NCBI GenBank assembly: GCA_002633005.1
Contig: NMRA01000923.1
Span: 34,805 to 98,804, forward strand
From: Phoronis australis
Taxonomy: Eukaryota; Animalia; Phoronida
Direction of reading: 5' to 3'
Length of the DNA stretch: 64,000 nucleotides
Shown: piece by piece, positions 15,601-27,600 of the stretch
Numbering within the stretch: position 1 is the stretch's first letter
Layout: every line of letters starts with the position of its first letter
Made by a program: the position numbers and the translations under genes
Notes under the pieces: generated by a model
Databases searched by the model: none
Told to the model about the DNA's origin: nothing
Seen by the model: the letters and a program-made list of their open reading frames with translations, nothing else

Positions 15601-18600
15601 ACAGAGAGATGAAGCAACCTAAGCTGATCAGTACGTCGATTCCTAATTTCATCGGTGTAAACGAGGTATGAGAAAATGCCAAAATTTTGAAACATCACAG
15701 TGTAAACGAAGTATAAGAAGTGCCAGAATTTTGAAACATCATCGGTGTAAACGGGGTATGAGAAAGTGCCAGAATTTTGAAACATCATCGGTGTAAACGA
15801 AGTATAAGAAAGTGCCAGAATTTTGAAACATCATCGGTGTAAACGAGGTACGAAAAAAGAATTTTGAAACATCATCAGTGTAAAAGACGTATAAGAAAGT
15901 GCCAGAATTTTGAAACATCATCGGTGTAAACGAGGTACGAGAAAGTGCCAGAATTTTGAAACATCATCGGTGTAAACAAGGTATGAGAAAGTGCCAGAAT
16001 TTTGAAACAAGAGGAGGAATTTTAAGTAGTAAACTGTTCCATTTCAAAACCTATAAAGCACATCATACAAAGTAGAGTGGAACAAGAGTCGTCTATCTAC
16101 TGTAGTCATTTTGACAAGATAAAAAAAATCAAATGCTTGAGGTTATCCCTACATGTATTCAAACATGATGCTGTAACATTTCTGAAATGCTCTGAGCAAT
16201 GTTTAGAGAACTTGAGCCATGTTTGTAAAGCTCAGAGTCGGGCATGTTTAAAATACAGAGCAATGTTTGAAAACCATATCCTTTTCTCCTTTACAACACA
16301 AATAACTGAAACAGTATCACATAGTGGTAATTGTACTTAATTCTAGTGTTGTAAATTGATACCAACATGCTCTGCAAGTGAAAATAATGTGCAACTACAG
16401 CTGTCTGTGTAGTGTTAGGGTATTTTGATTTACAAAGGTATTTTGGAAAAAGTGAACTCTAGTTTTAGAGGGGATAAAATTTAACCAATTGTCTACAGCA
16501 GTGCAAGTGGTTGAGAACAGGTATGTTTATCTATAAATACTATAATTTAACAAATATGCACAAAAGGAAAGTCTCTTAGTAAAGCCATGTGTACTCACTA
16601 TCATACGTTAAATGACTGGGATGAACTACTATGATGGGAAATAAAATCAAGGCAGTTAAGAACTAGTGCCAATAGTAACAGGCCTAGTAGAAGGAATGAA
16701 GACAGTGATGAAGTGAATAAGGGCCACTGGTGAGGTCGGGAGACATGCCACTCACTACAGCGTCGCTCATCGGAGCGATCAGAACAGTCAGGATACCCAT
16801 CACAGACACGACGCCGGTCAATACACTCAGAGGTAGTTTGACAGCGGAAGTAGCGATTGGATGGGAGACAGGGGGATATCCGCTTATGGCTAAAGAGGAG
16901 AGCTACAGAGACAAATCATAAGGTGATGACAATGAGCGGAATGGAGTTTCTTGCAGAAGAAGACGCAAGACATTCAGAAACAGGCAATGCTTAGAAATGA
17001 GGAAGCCTCGGATTAGAAACATTTTCAGTAGATGTACCACTAAGCTGAGGGAACAACCAACAAAGGAATTCATTATTACCATGGAACTAAATGAAAAAAT
17101 GATTAGTAATATGCTAGTTTGACATAAGCAACAGAAAAGACAAAAATGTGTTGTCAATCTCTGCATGAAAATTTTATACCCAACTTAGTGCAATGGTAAA
17201 ATGAGTAGCAGCAATGAGTAAACATCAGTTTAATTTGATCTAATAAGTAATTACAGAAGATCGCATAACTTAAAATGAGCGGTCCTTATTGGAGGACATA
17301 TTAGCTGTGTTATCATATATTGTGGTACTGTACACGGCTATAATGAAGAGTTGTGGAAAAGTCAGTTACATCAACAGAGGTGTCCGGCTAGCAGGATAAC
17401 ACAGGAAATGATTAGGTATAATGATGCCAATTGTTTTGTTTAGACAAGTTGAAGCACACTGCCACACACACATTCATACTGCATGTAATGCAACACTTTG
17501 TTTAACAAAAGCAACATCTTCAAATTAGACAAGCCTCTCAAAGCTGAAATTGAAAATAACTCTAACCATGACAAGCACAACAGACACATATTTCATAAAG
17601 CATCAAATGGAATGCACAGGAAAGATGATGTGCTTCACAACTGTGAAGCCCAAAATTGTGAAGCCCAACCCAATTTAAAACATTAAGTAGTGTGTCAGTC
17701 AAATCATAATCTATGATGTCCATGAAACCTAGTTCCTGAACATCTACTACCTTAAAGCCTTTTCATACTAACTTAACTACGCTACCAGAGGAGTGTCGTG
17801 AACTGTGAAGTTAGTTAAGCTTTCAAACCAGCTTCGGAATTTAGCGGCCACCACAGTTATCACACTGTTCGTATAATCCAAGATATCGAAAGGTTTCAAA
17901 TTTAGAAGTATCATATACTGGTTGGATAATAAAAGAAATGATTAACATCAGAATGGTGAATATTTGGAAAAATGATGAAATAACAACATGTGCCGTTACG
18001 ACACCTGTTGATAGTTCTTGCGACATCGAACCTAATTATTGATGCTGCAGCAAAAGATCAACACACCACTGGTAAATCCACCCAAGTTGTCCAGTCGTTA
18101 TTTTTGATCAAAAGACCGAAGTGAACCGTTCACAACGACCGACACTCCACAAAACACCAACGCGTTGCTTTTGGTGTGAAAGGCTCTCTAGGCTACTAAG
18201 AAAACAAAGTATGCAGAGGCATGCGTTTCAAGATGAGTCAAAACATAAAGAAGGCTGAAATAACTAATAGCACACTCCTGTTTAAATCAACAAATATAAG
18301 TAAGCTGCACATAACTAATCAGTTACAATGTCCCAATAGATGCAGCAAAGGACATTGTTAGATCAATGCAGACAGTTGTTATGATCATAGCAATGTTTAC
18401 CAGATGTTGCTTCTAGATGAAAACCTTCAGAACCAGCTACAAAAAGCAGGTAACGCTAGACAACACTGACCGCAAACTTAAACAGCTAGTTAGACTTAGC
18501 AAAAAGCATTTTAATGTTAAGAACACTTTTAACTGCATTGCTATATAAGGTTGGAGGTGGATTCGTAATACCGTACTCGTCCAAGTTATGCCCACTTACT

Positions 18601-21600
18601 AATTTTCCAAATTATATTTAAATGCAGTTGTTTGGTAACAGGCCAACTATGAACTTATGAATTTGAGACTTAAGATTCCTCAAAGCATAATAGCATAATG
18701 AATATTCATTTCACCGCCCAAAACGCATGCTTTCACTCACAAGCAGCATTATGTCCAATTTTTACTTAGTTCTTGCATGTAAATTGGGTCACATAAGTAC
18801 GACTCACCTGTCGTCGACCCTAATTGGCAGTTTGGGGAAACTGACAACACCAACTTTGCGAAATGTTTTCCTTTTAATGCTCACATTCAGCTTCAAGTAT
18901 TCAACGCGAATTTTAAGATTTTTAATTTGAACACACTAGGCAATAACCAAGAAAAGTACGATAATTATTTTACTCATTTTTGTGTAAAAAAACATGTACA
19001 AACAATAGGTTGAACTACCTAAGAATGACTATGAGTGAGAATGGCATATGGGAAGTGTCAAAAAATTTCAAGCTAATTCATGAGAATGTCATCTGGGAAG
19101 TGTCAAAAAATTCAAGCTAATTTAGTATATCTTAACTGGATGTCACCACAGGAAACTATTGGAGGGATTACAGGGATGGCTTAAAGCATATTTAGCATCT
19201 GTAAAAGTCCTTATTAGTAGACAAATGAAGAACAGAGTCTAAAAATATATGTATAAACATAATTTTACACTTATCGACTTGGTGATCACATAGCCATGAA
19301 TTCCTGGCTAACTTTTTTTCTTAAAATTTGGAAACAGTTGTATTTCAATATTTTCAAAATTTGACTTAGGTTAGACAGTAAGCTTTTGTTTTGTTGTGAA
19401 TGATAATTTTGACAATAAAATAATAAATACAAAACGATCCTTATTGCATTTGAGATAAAAGGCACAAAATACAAAAACGATTCACGAACCATAGACTTAT
19501 ACATTATTTCTCAACATATTGTAGCCAAGTGTACGAACCTCACACTCTACGTAAAAATAATCGTATGGTTGTAATTATTTTGTCACAGTTAATGCAGTAC
19601 ATACCACAGTTGACTTCATCGGAGCCATCACTGCACTGAGATGTTCCATCACACTTCTGAGAGGCAGGGATGCAAGACTTGTCACCACAGGTAAATTCAG
19701 TGTCTGAATCACACTCCTGTGTTCTGCCTGAAGCTGTACGAGGAAAACAAAGATAGGAATTAGAAAAAAGTGCAGGTGTCATAAGTTAAAATGATCAAGC
19801 AATTAATGCTATGGTGTATTAGTTTCTGATGACTATAAACATGGAATATATCGAGATTGTACATGAAACACTCATGTTATGGAAAATATAAATTCAATAT
19901 TACCCTGTTCATAATACCCCAAACCCACACCCAAGTTAAAACAGGAACAGCTTGTTCGGGTGGAAGTCCTAATGTAAACACAACTTCCTCTGGAACAACA
20001 TGACATTGCAAATCCAAGGGACATCCTGCATTCAAACTTCTCTTTTGCACAGGTACAAAAAAATTCATGAATGACTCTACCAATTGGAAAGTTTAGAAAG
20101 TTAACACACTACTGAGCAGAGTCTAACTGTATACTACAACCCACTAAGCCTTTACTTCTTTCTGTCAGCACTATAGAACACTGCACTGCAATGGTGAACT
20201 AATTTAGATGTAAACTAACGATTTGAATGGCAACAGTCAGATGAGAACGTACACTATGGATGTGCACCATTGTAAGTAAATTCAGAATTGTGCATAAATA
20301 CAATACTAACAGTAGCCCAGTGGTACTTTGGGATACTGATTATTGGATAAACGTCTCCTCCATTTGAGTGGGCAGTCTTCCATACTGACATCTTGTTGCC
20401 TTCAAAAAGTCAGAGTACCAACGTCTCTTTTCAAAAATACTAACAACAATAAAGGCAAACATGTATACATAAGTACTTCATTCCCACAAAACCACAATAA
20501 GAGACAACAGAAGAGAAATGTTTTATTTCACAGTTCAAAATATACAAATGAAAAAATAAAGAATTGAGGATAAGCAAGTACAGTTAAAGAGGCCTGAAGT
20601 GTGAAAACATGTAAATGATACCTTTTAAACAGCTTGTGGTGAACCTATTTCATTGCGATGATAAAGGGAGTTATTCACCTTGCATAATGCAAGAATTTCT
20701 AGAAAACAATCGTCAACATTCGCTACTTTTGGAACACAGAATGAACTATGCACTTTCATCCCAATAGTTTTCAAATTCCCCGCCTCTAATAATATACATA
20801 AGTGCATAGCACAAAGAATTTCCACGTAAACATTTCCCAAGTGCATAATCGCCATTGTTTTGTTTACATTAAAGGATACATTTTCCATATAAGTGAAATG
20901 TGCTAAGTCTAAGTCTTGCCAAACCAAATAAGGTGACATACTTTCGTGTTCAGCAAGAAAAATCAACGAAATGATGAGCATCTGACAGTCACTTCTTTTT
21001 TTAAATTTGAAACTAAACAAAAAATGCTTTGACACGCACAGAATTTCAAAATCTTTACAAACAAAATGCAAAAATATCTGGTGAACAGTTCGACTTGTGT
21101 TTCAGTGGCAAAGAACCACTTTGAATAATGCAATTTAGTCCATTTTCTGTGTTATGTCACTTTTAAGACAAAGACACAATCTAAGACAAATGTAACAGCA
21201 CTACCACAGCAATATTTGCAAGTTAAAATATAAATATGTTAACAGCGTATAAAAGCAGATATATTAACACTGCACAAAAAAATCAAGACACGTTAACACT
21301 GTAGTAGAAAATGAAGATATAATAACATATAGAAGCAAAGAACTGACAAGGCAGTACAAACAATAACAGAAATTTCAGCTGGTACATTGTCACACAAGAG
21401 ACTACATAGGAAACAAGAACAAGGAATACACCACAATAGAATTACTGCAACTATAACCTGTTCTTTCAGCTTGTATTTGATATTCTCTGTTTGCAGTGTC
21501 AAAATTGAATTGGAACTTGAATTCAACCTTATCTTCGTTGATGAACGTGCACCTCTTTAACTCTGGAGACTCTGAAAATGAATACCAAAATATCAATAAA

Positions 21601-24600
21601 TGGAAGAAGCACATAGGTGGATCCATTAACAAAAGATAACATCAAGGTAGACATGGGAAAGGCATCAACAAACGCCAAAAGAAAACGGACAAACTTCTGT
21701 CTCCCCATTATGATGATCAAGTCTGCCAAAAGATTTTTTTGGCTTATAAAACCTGAAAATGATGCCATGACTCATCATTCAGACTGTATCATCATCTCAC
21801 GATGTTCTGAGACCGCTACAATAGCCCATTATAATAGTGCATAACGTTGACCCAATTCCAGTGTCCATGTGGATTACACTAGGTGGCACCTTGGCAACTT
21901 TGGAAGCTGTGGAATGGCGAAGGTAAAAAAATGCAAAAAATTAAGCCAACTTTTATTAGGGCTGTTCCAGTAAAATCTGTATGGGAGGGGGGAAGGCACC
22001 TTTTTTTCACACCCACCACCCATATTTTTCATTTATTTCTTCAGCCTACCACCCGTAACTTTTTATAAGTTTGAAATGCAACCACCCGTAATTTTTTTTT
22101 GTTCTTGTGGTTGACTGCACAGGCGCTTGAATTTATCTGTTCCTCCATCACCACTAACGTCATTCATTACTAAGAAAACATTCGTTTCTTATATATGGTT
22201 ATTAACCATCGAGAAATTCGAGCACCTGTGGTTAAATGGTGTTATGGGCATGCGGATGAGGAGATCGGAGGGAATGAAAATGTCGGAGCTTTTTGCAAGT
22301 TGCATTTTTGTTTCAGTTTTTGATTCTGTGCGGATTGTTTATACAATTTACTAAAATTACCCACCATCAAACATTTATGGCCCAATGAAACAACAAAGAC
22401 CTGTAAATTTTTATTTTTTTGAAGTACGACCACCAGCCATTTTGAATTTAAATCAAACGCAACCACCCATAAATTTTTATTTCAGTTGCCTTCCCCCCCA
22501 AACAGATTTTGCTGGAACAGCCCTTAGTTAAATTGCTTTTTTCGATGGCAAGTGGCTTTAACTCTGAGTTTAAAAGAGCTGCGAGGAATTCCGCTTGCGT
22601 TCGTCCAATTTTAGGCTATAGCACCATACATAAAATTCAGCCGCAAAATTATAATAGGCCATTTGCAAAATGAATAACAGCAATGAATCATGTTTGCTAG
22701 AAGGTAACGAAAATGTCCCTTCAACAATTTAACAAGGTTGTCGGCTTATTAAAAAAAGTGCAGCCACAGTAAAATCTTAATATTCATTCTGTAATTGTGA
22801 CAGGAACATGACGCTCTCAGCTTGGCATGCGTGTAGCACAAGTCTTAGTTCACAATTTGTTGCATCTTTGTAACTTATCACAATTTTTTACACTCGAGGA
22901 AAAGTGAATTGCCTTCCCACTTCCTTAACTTCCGGAAAATTCTCCGACATTCTGTCCTGATGGTATTCAACTTGCACTCAGCTGTCATGACAAAATCCTG
23001 CTAGCAACCAGCCATCATGACAGGGCCCAGCAAGTATTTCTCTCTGCATACTTTTAGAATTTTCCTGCCTTTAGTGAATGTGCAGCAAATTAAAATCAAA
23101 ACATGAACCAAATGGAATTTTCCCATGACTTGGGATATATTTTGTCTTGATATTGAAAGACGACATCTGCGCTGCTAATGAGNTTCAGTTTTTGATTCTG
23201 TGCGGATTGTTTATACAATTTATTAAAATTACCCACCATCAAACATTTATGGCCCAATGAAACAACGACCTGTAAATTGTTATTTTTTTGAAGTACGACC
23301 ACCAGCCATTTTGAATTTAAATCAAACGCAACCACCCATAAATTTTTATTTCAGTTGCCTTCCCCCCAAACAGATTTTGCTGGAACAGCCCTTAGTTAAA
23401 TTGCTTTTTTCGATGGCAAGTGGCTTTAACTCTGAGTTTAAAATAGCTGCGAGGAATTCCGCTTGCGTTCGTCCAATTTTAGGCTATAGCACCATACATA
23501 AAATTCAGCCGCAAAATTATAATAGGCCATTTGCAAAATGAATAACAAGCAATGAATCATTGTTTGCTAGAAGGTAACGAAAATGTCCCTTCAACAATTT
23601 AACAAGGTTGTCGGCTTATTAAATAAAGTGCAGCCACAGTAAAATCTTAATATTCATTCTGTAATTGTGACAGGAACATGACGCTCTCAGCTTGGCATGC
23701 GTGTAGCACAAGTCTTAGTTCACAATTTGTTGCATCTTTGTAACTTATCACAATTTTTTACACTCGAGGAAAAGTGAATTGCCTTCCCACTTCCTTAACT
23801 TCCGGAAAATTCTCCGACATTCTGTCCTGATGGTATTCAACTTGCACTCAGCTGTCATGACAAAATCCTGCTAGCAACCAGCCATCATGACAGGGCCCAG
23901 CAAGTATTTCTCTCTGCATACTTTTAGAATATTCCTGCCTTTAGTGAATGTGCAGCAAATTAAAATCAAAACATGAACCAAATGGAATTTTCCCATGACT
24001 TGGGATATATTTTGTCTTGATATTGAAAGACGACATCTGCGCTGCTAATGAGGAGAAAATTGCCCCACACTAATAAGAAAGACTATGACGCCAATTTCAT
24101 AGGGCAGAATAAATGAGATCTGGCAAATTTAGTTACTGTACCTTCAAGTTTATCAACCACATCCACCCGTGGACACTCCTGGTCACAGGCTGTGCCACTC
24201 TTCGCAAGTTCACCAGTGCCCAGCAGGAGGCATTCAACACAGGGTTTTAACTCTCCACATTTATTACCACAGGTCTGTAATAGCAATCAACAGCAACACA
24301 TTCAGACAGACATTATACATTAGGCTAATAGACAGAGAACACAACAGTGAAATAGCATGGAAAGAGTAAAACAATGCAACTTTGACTGGAACTCATAACT
24401 ATGCTCCATGGAACAAGAGAATGTCAGCTCTGACAACATAACTCACTGGACAGTCTTCACAAAATCGCCCTCTGTAAGGCTCTTCACAGACACAAGCTCC
24501 ACAGTTACAGGTTCCATGACCACTACACAAATCCTGCAATGCAAAACAAACCTATGGCAGCACTTATGAACACAAACATAATGTAAATATTAGTAAAAAC

Positions 24601-27600
24601 TCAAAAGTTTCTCTTTCTGCATCGTTTAAAGGCTTCATAAATTGCTGCAAACTCAAACAATTTGCCAAATGTTAACAGTTGTACAGCACAAAAACTACAT
24701 AAAAGTACAAACAAAAATAAAAATTTCCAATGATATACACCAACTCCAACAAAGCACATTTTTGTGCAAGTCAGGAAATAAAATGAAAAGAATCAATCCA
24801 GCTATGTAAGTTTACATGTGTCACCCATTGTAGCATTACTATATAGTTAGAAGTTGGCTATACATACCCCTGCGCCAGTAGAAGCACGACATTTGTCTGT
24901 TGACAATGAACAGTCGCATGAAGGGCCAGTGTAGAGTACATTACATACACATTGGCCACATACGCATCTACCTTCACCATTACAAATAGCCTGCAGGAAA
25001 AGATTAGAAAAGTTACGAATTAGTTGAATGGGTAGTAGCTCAGCAGGAAACCCACACACACCTACCCTAGAATAACTCACAGCAGTGCAACTTGCCGCAC
25101 TTTTAAGTAGAGCGTCCACACATACATAAGCGCTACTCCGCGCATGCAGAACTTTATAAAAATACGATGGCATGAAAAAGAAAGGACAACTGCGCAAGCA
25201 AGCATATCTTACTTCACCTTTTCACCAGTTTTCCGGCCATGTAGTGATTAGAAATCGTGCCAGTTACCCTTTAACTGCTTATCCTACACCGAAAAGGTGC
25301 ACTAGCTAAAATAGCGTCCAGACAGTCCCCAAAACTATTGACAACTCGTTCCAGAAGTAACTAAGGTAAGTCTGAGTGTGGATGGTGTTAGACATAATTT
25401 GTTGTTGAAATGTCGCGCGTTTGGAACTACGGTAACCATGTGCATGCAAATGCGAATGATTGTTCTGTTACTGCTAGAGAATAAAAAAATCTGATGAATG
25501 ACAACTGTAATCATGAGGTTCGACATATTTGTGTTTAGACCAGAACAGTGTATAAAGCACTATGTAACTTGAGGGACTTAAATGGCGATTTGTTAGTATT
25601 AACCAGAGACAAAAGCACACAGAACCCTTCTACTAATGTAGCAGTTATCCACGGGAAACAAAAAGTGATTTTTTTGCTCACTTGACATTTTTCATGGTTA
25701 TGTTGACGGTCTGCAACTCATGTTCCTAATCTTAAAATCAATCAAAAATAAGTATGACCATGTGACCATGGACTTGACATTACATATAGAAATCATTGAG
25801 AAAATTTGAAAAACATTATTCAAAGGTAAAACCCATTCTTACCCCATTTGCAGAAGGACATTTACCATCCGGAGGGCAAATGGGTTCAACTACAACACAG
25901 AATGTAACAAAAATTAAAACATGGACAAATGATATACATGGTTATATTGGATAACAAACATTACCACTAACTACATGGCAACCCTCATGATGGTTGCCAT
26001 GGAGAATCCAATCACCAACAACAGAGGTTTCACTTTCAAAACCCATGATGACAGTTGTACACCTACTCACAGCTTATACAGACATGGAATGTATAAAGAA
26101 TATACAGTAGAGTATCCACAAATTGGGACAAAAATAAAATACCAACATCGTCATTGTCTATTTTTAAAAAAAAATACTTCATTGCTAAAAATGCTCAATA
26201 GATGATGATAGTTATATAATTCAAAGTGTGAAAATAATGAAGAAACGTTTCCTTCCAGTTTTCTAGTTGAAAATATTCATTAAGTAAAACATGACTGTTC
26301 CACCATATTCTGTTCTAACTGAAAGAAACATTACTGTAGTTCATGGACTAGTAGTGTGTGTCTCAAAATGTTCACCTGTAAATTTCAACTACAAAAAACA
26401 ACTGACTTACCTTTGACCAATTAAGTATATTTTCAGGTGATGTTTTACCTTTGGCGTTTTTTAAATAGACTGAAAACAGTGTTGTCTGTCTGATAACATA
26501 ATTAAAAATAATAGTTTTCATTTCACCACTTGTTGAACTCCTAGGTAACTCTCTGATTTTCATAAACTAAAATGCAGTCTTGTGCTGACCACAGACACAG
26601 GTTAAGTCAAAAGCTGACTGATGTATTAGGTGAGGTAATATATAGCGTCTGTCCAAAAAACGACCTGGCGAAATTCCCAAGTCGCCCACTGGGAAATGAG
26701 CTCATCAAAGGGAAAACCCATGTGCGGCAGTGCAGTGGTCCTGGCCTTCACAAACGACAGTACGAAAGATGACCGATTTGCAGCCTGTTCCACAGACCAA
26801 AGAATCTCGAGAGGAAGCCAATGTGATCACATGCTCAGCTTGCTATTAATAGCAATATCTCGCAAAATCTTGCATTTTTGCGAGGACAAGTCTTCGCTTC
26901 CACGGAATGAACATCTGTTCAGCTAAGAAAGCAGCTAATCATAAAACATTCACTTCCTGAATTGAATTCCGTAACCACAAGAAATCCGCAAGCAAAACCA
27001 GTATGATTGCCTTGCAGGTTTGTTTGTAATGCATGGTGATATCTCGCGACGACATGCATGATCTTGTGATTTTGCTAGTTTGTCTACAGAACAGGCCAAA
27101 CAACTCCAGCTTCTGTCAATTTCATAACGTAAAATTGTCGCCAGGACTTGACAGGGACCTCAGGGGTCTTACACTCCACTGATTTATCCACATTATTTTG
27201 AAATCGCTTTGCCCAGTCAAACATTGAGTGTCATAAAAGAGATAAGCATACCAGTAGAACTACTCTCTTTTATCACATTTGTGTAGACTCACAGTTTAAC
27301 TGTGGATTTCTGTAGACACCAGACCGTCCTGAGTTGCATCATATACCAACTCCGGACGGTTTCGATTAAGCGTTATGTACTTCCTGTTATACTTTAAGAG
27401 CAGGTTAGGATGTGAGCTGAGGGTGGCATATGTACTGATTTCAAGAAGTTAATCTAACATTTGTAAACCAAAGGTGTTTTATTTGAAGAAAACGATATGA
27501 CAGCTGAATTTTCTTTGTCCGACTTCTTCTGACTTTGGTTGCAAAAATCCGGTGACTTGTACAGGTTGCCAAAACAACCCCTGCAGAGGTTAACCAGGTC

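Noticed and set aside
15650-16008. CRISPR-like periodicity (also at 35341 and 53926)
   Set aside because: Head-to-tail units without unique spacers, no cas genes, eukaryotic intron.
19877-20083. Hydrophobic ORF as a possible integrin TM exon
   Set aside because: No resemblance to the integrin TM/WKLL motif and no phase-compatible donor.
21458-25889. Independent nested integrin beta gene
   Set aside because: No head-domain, TM or cytoplasmic exons found, and the phases match the host gene. Disfavoured, not excluded.
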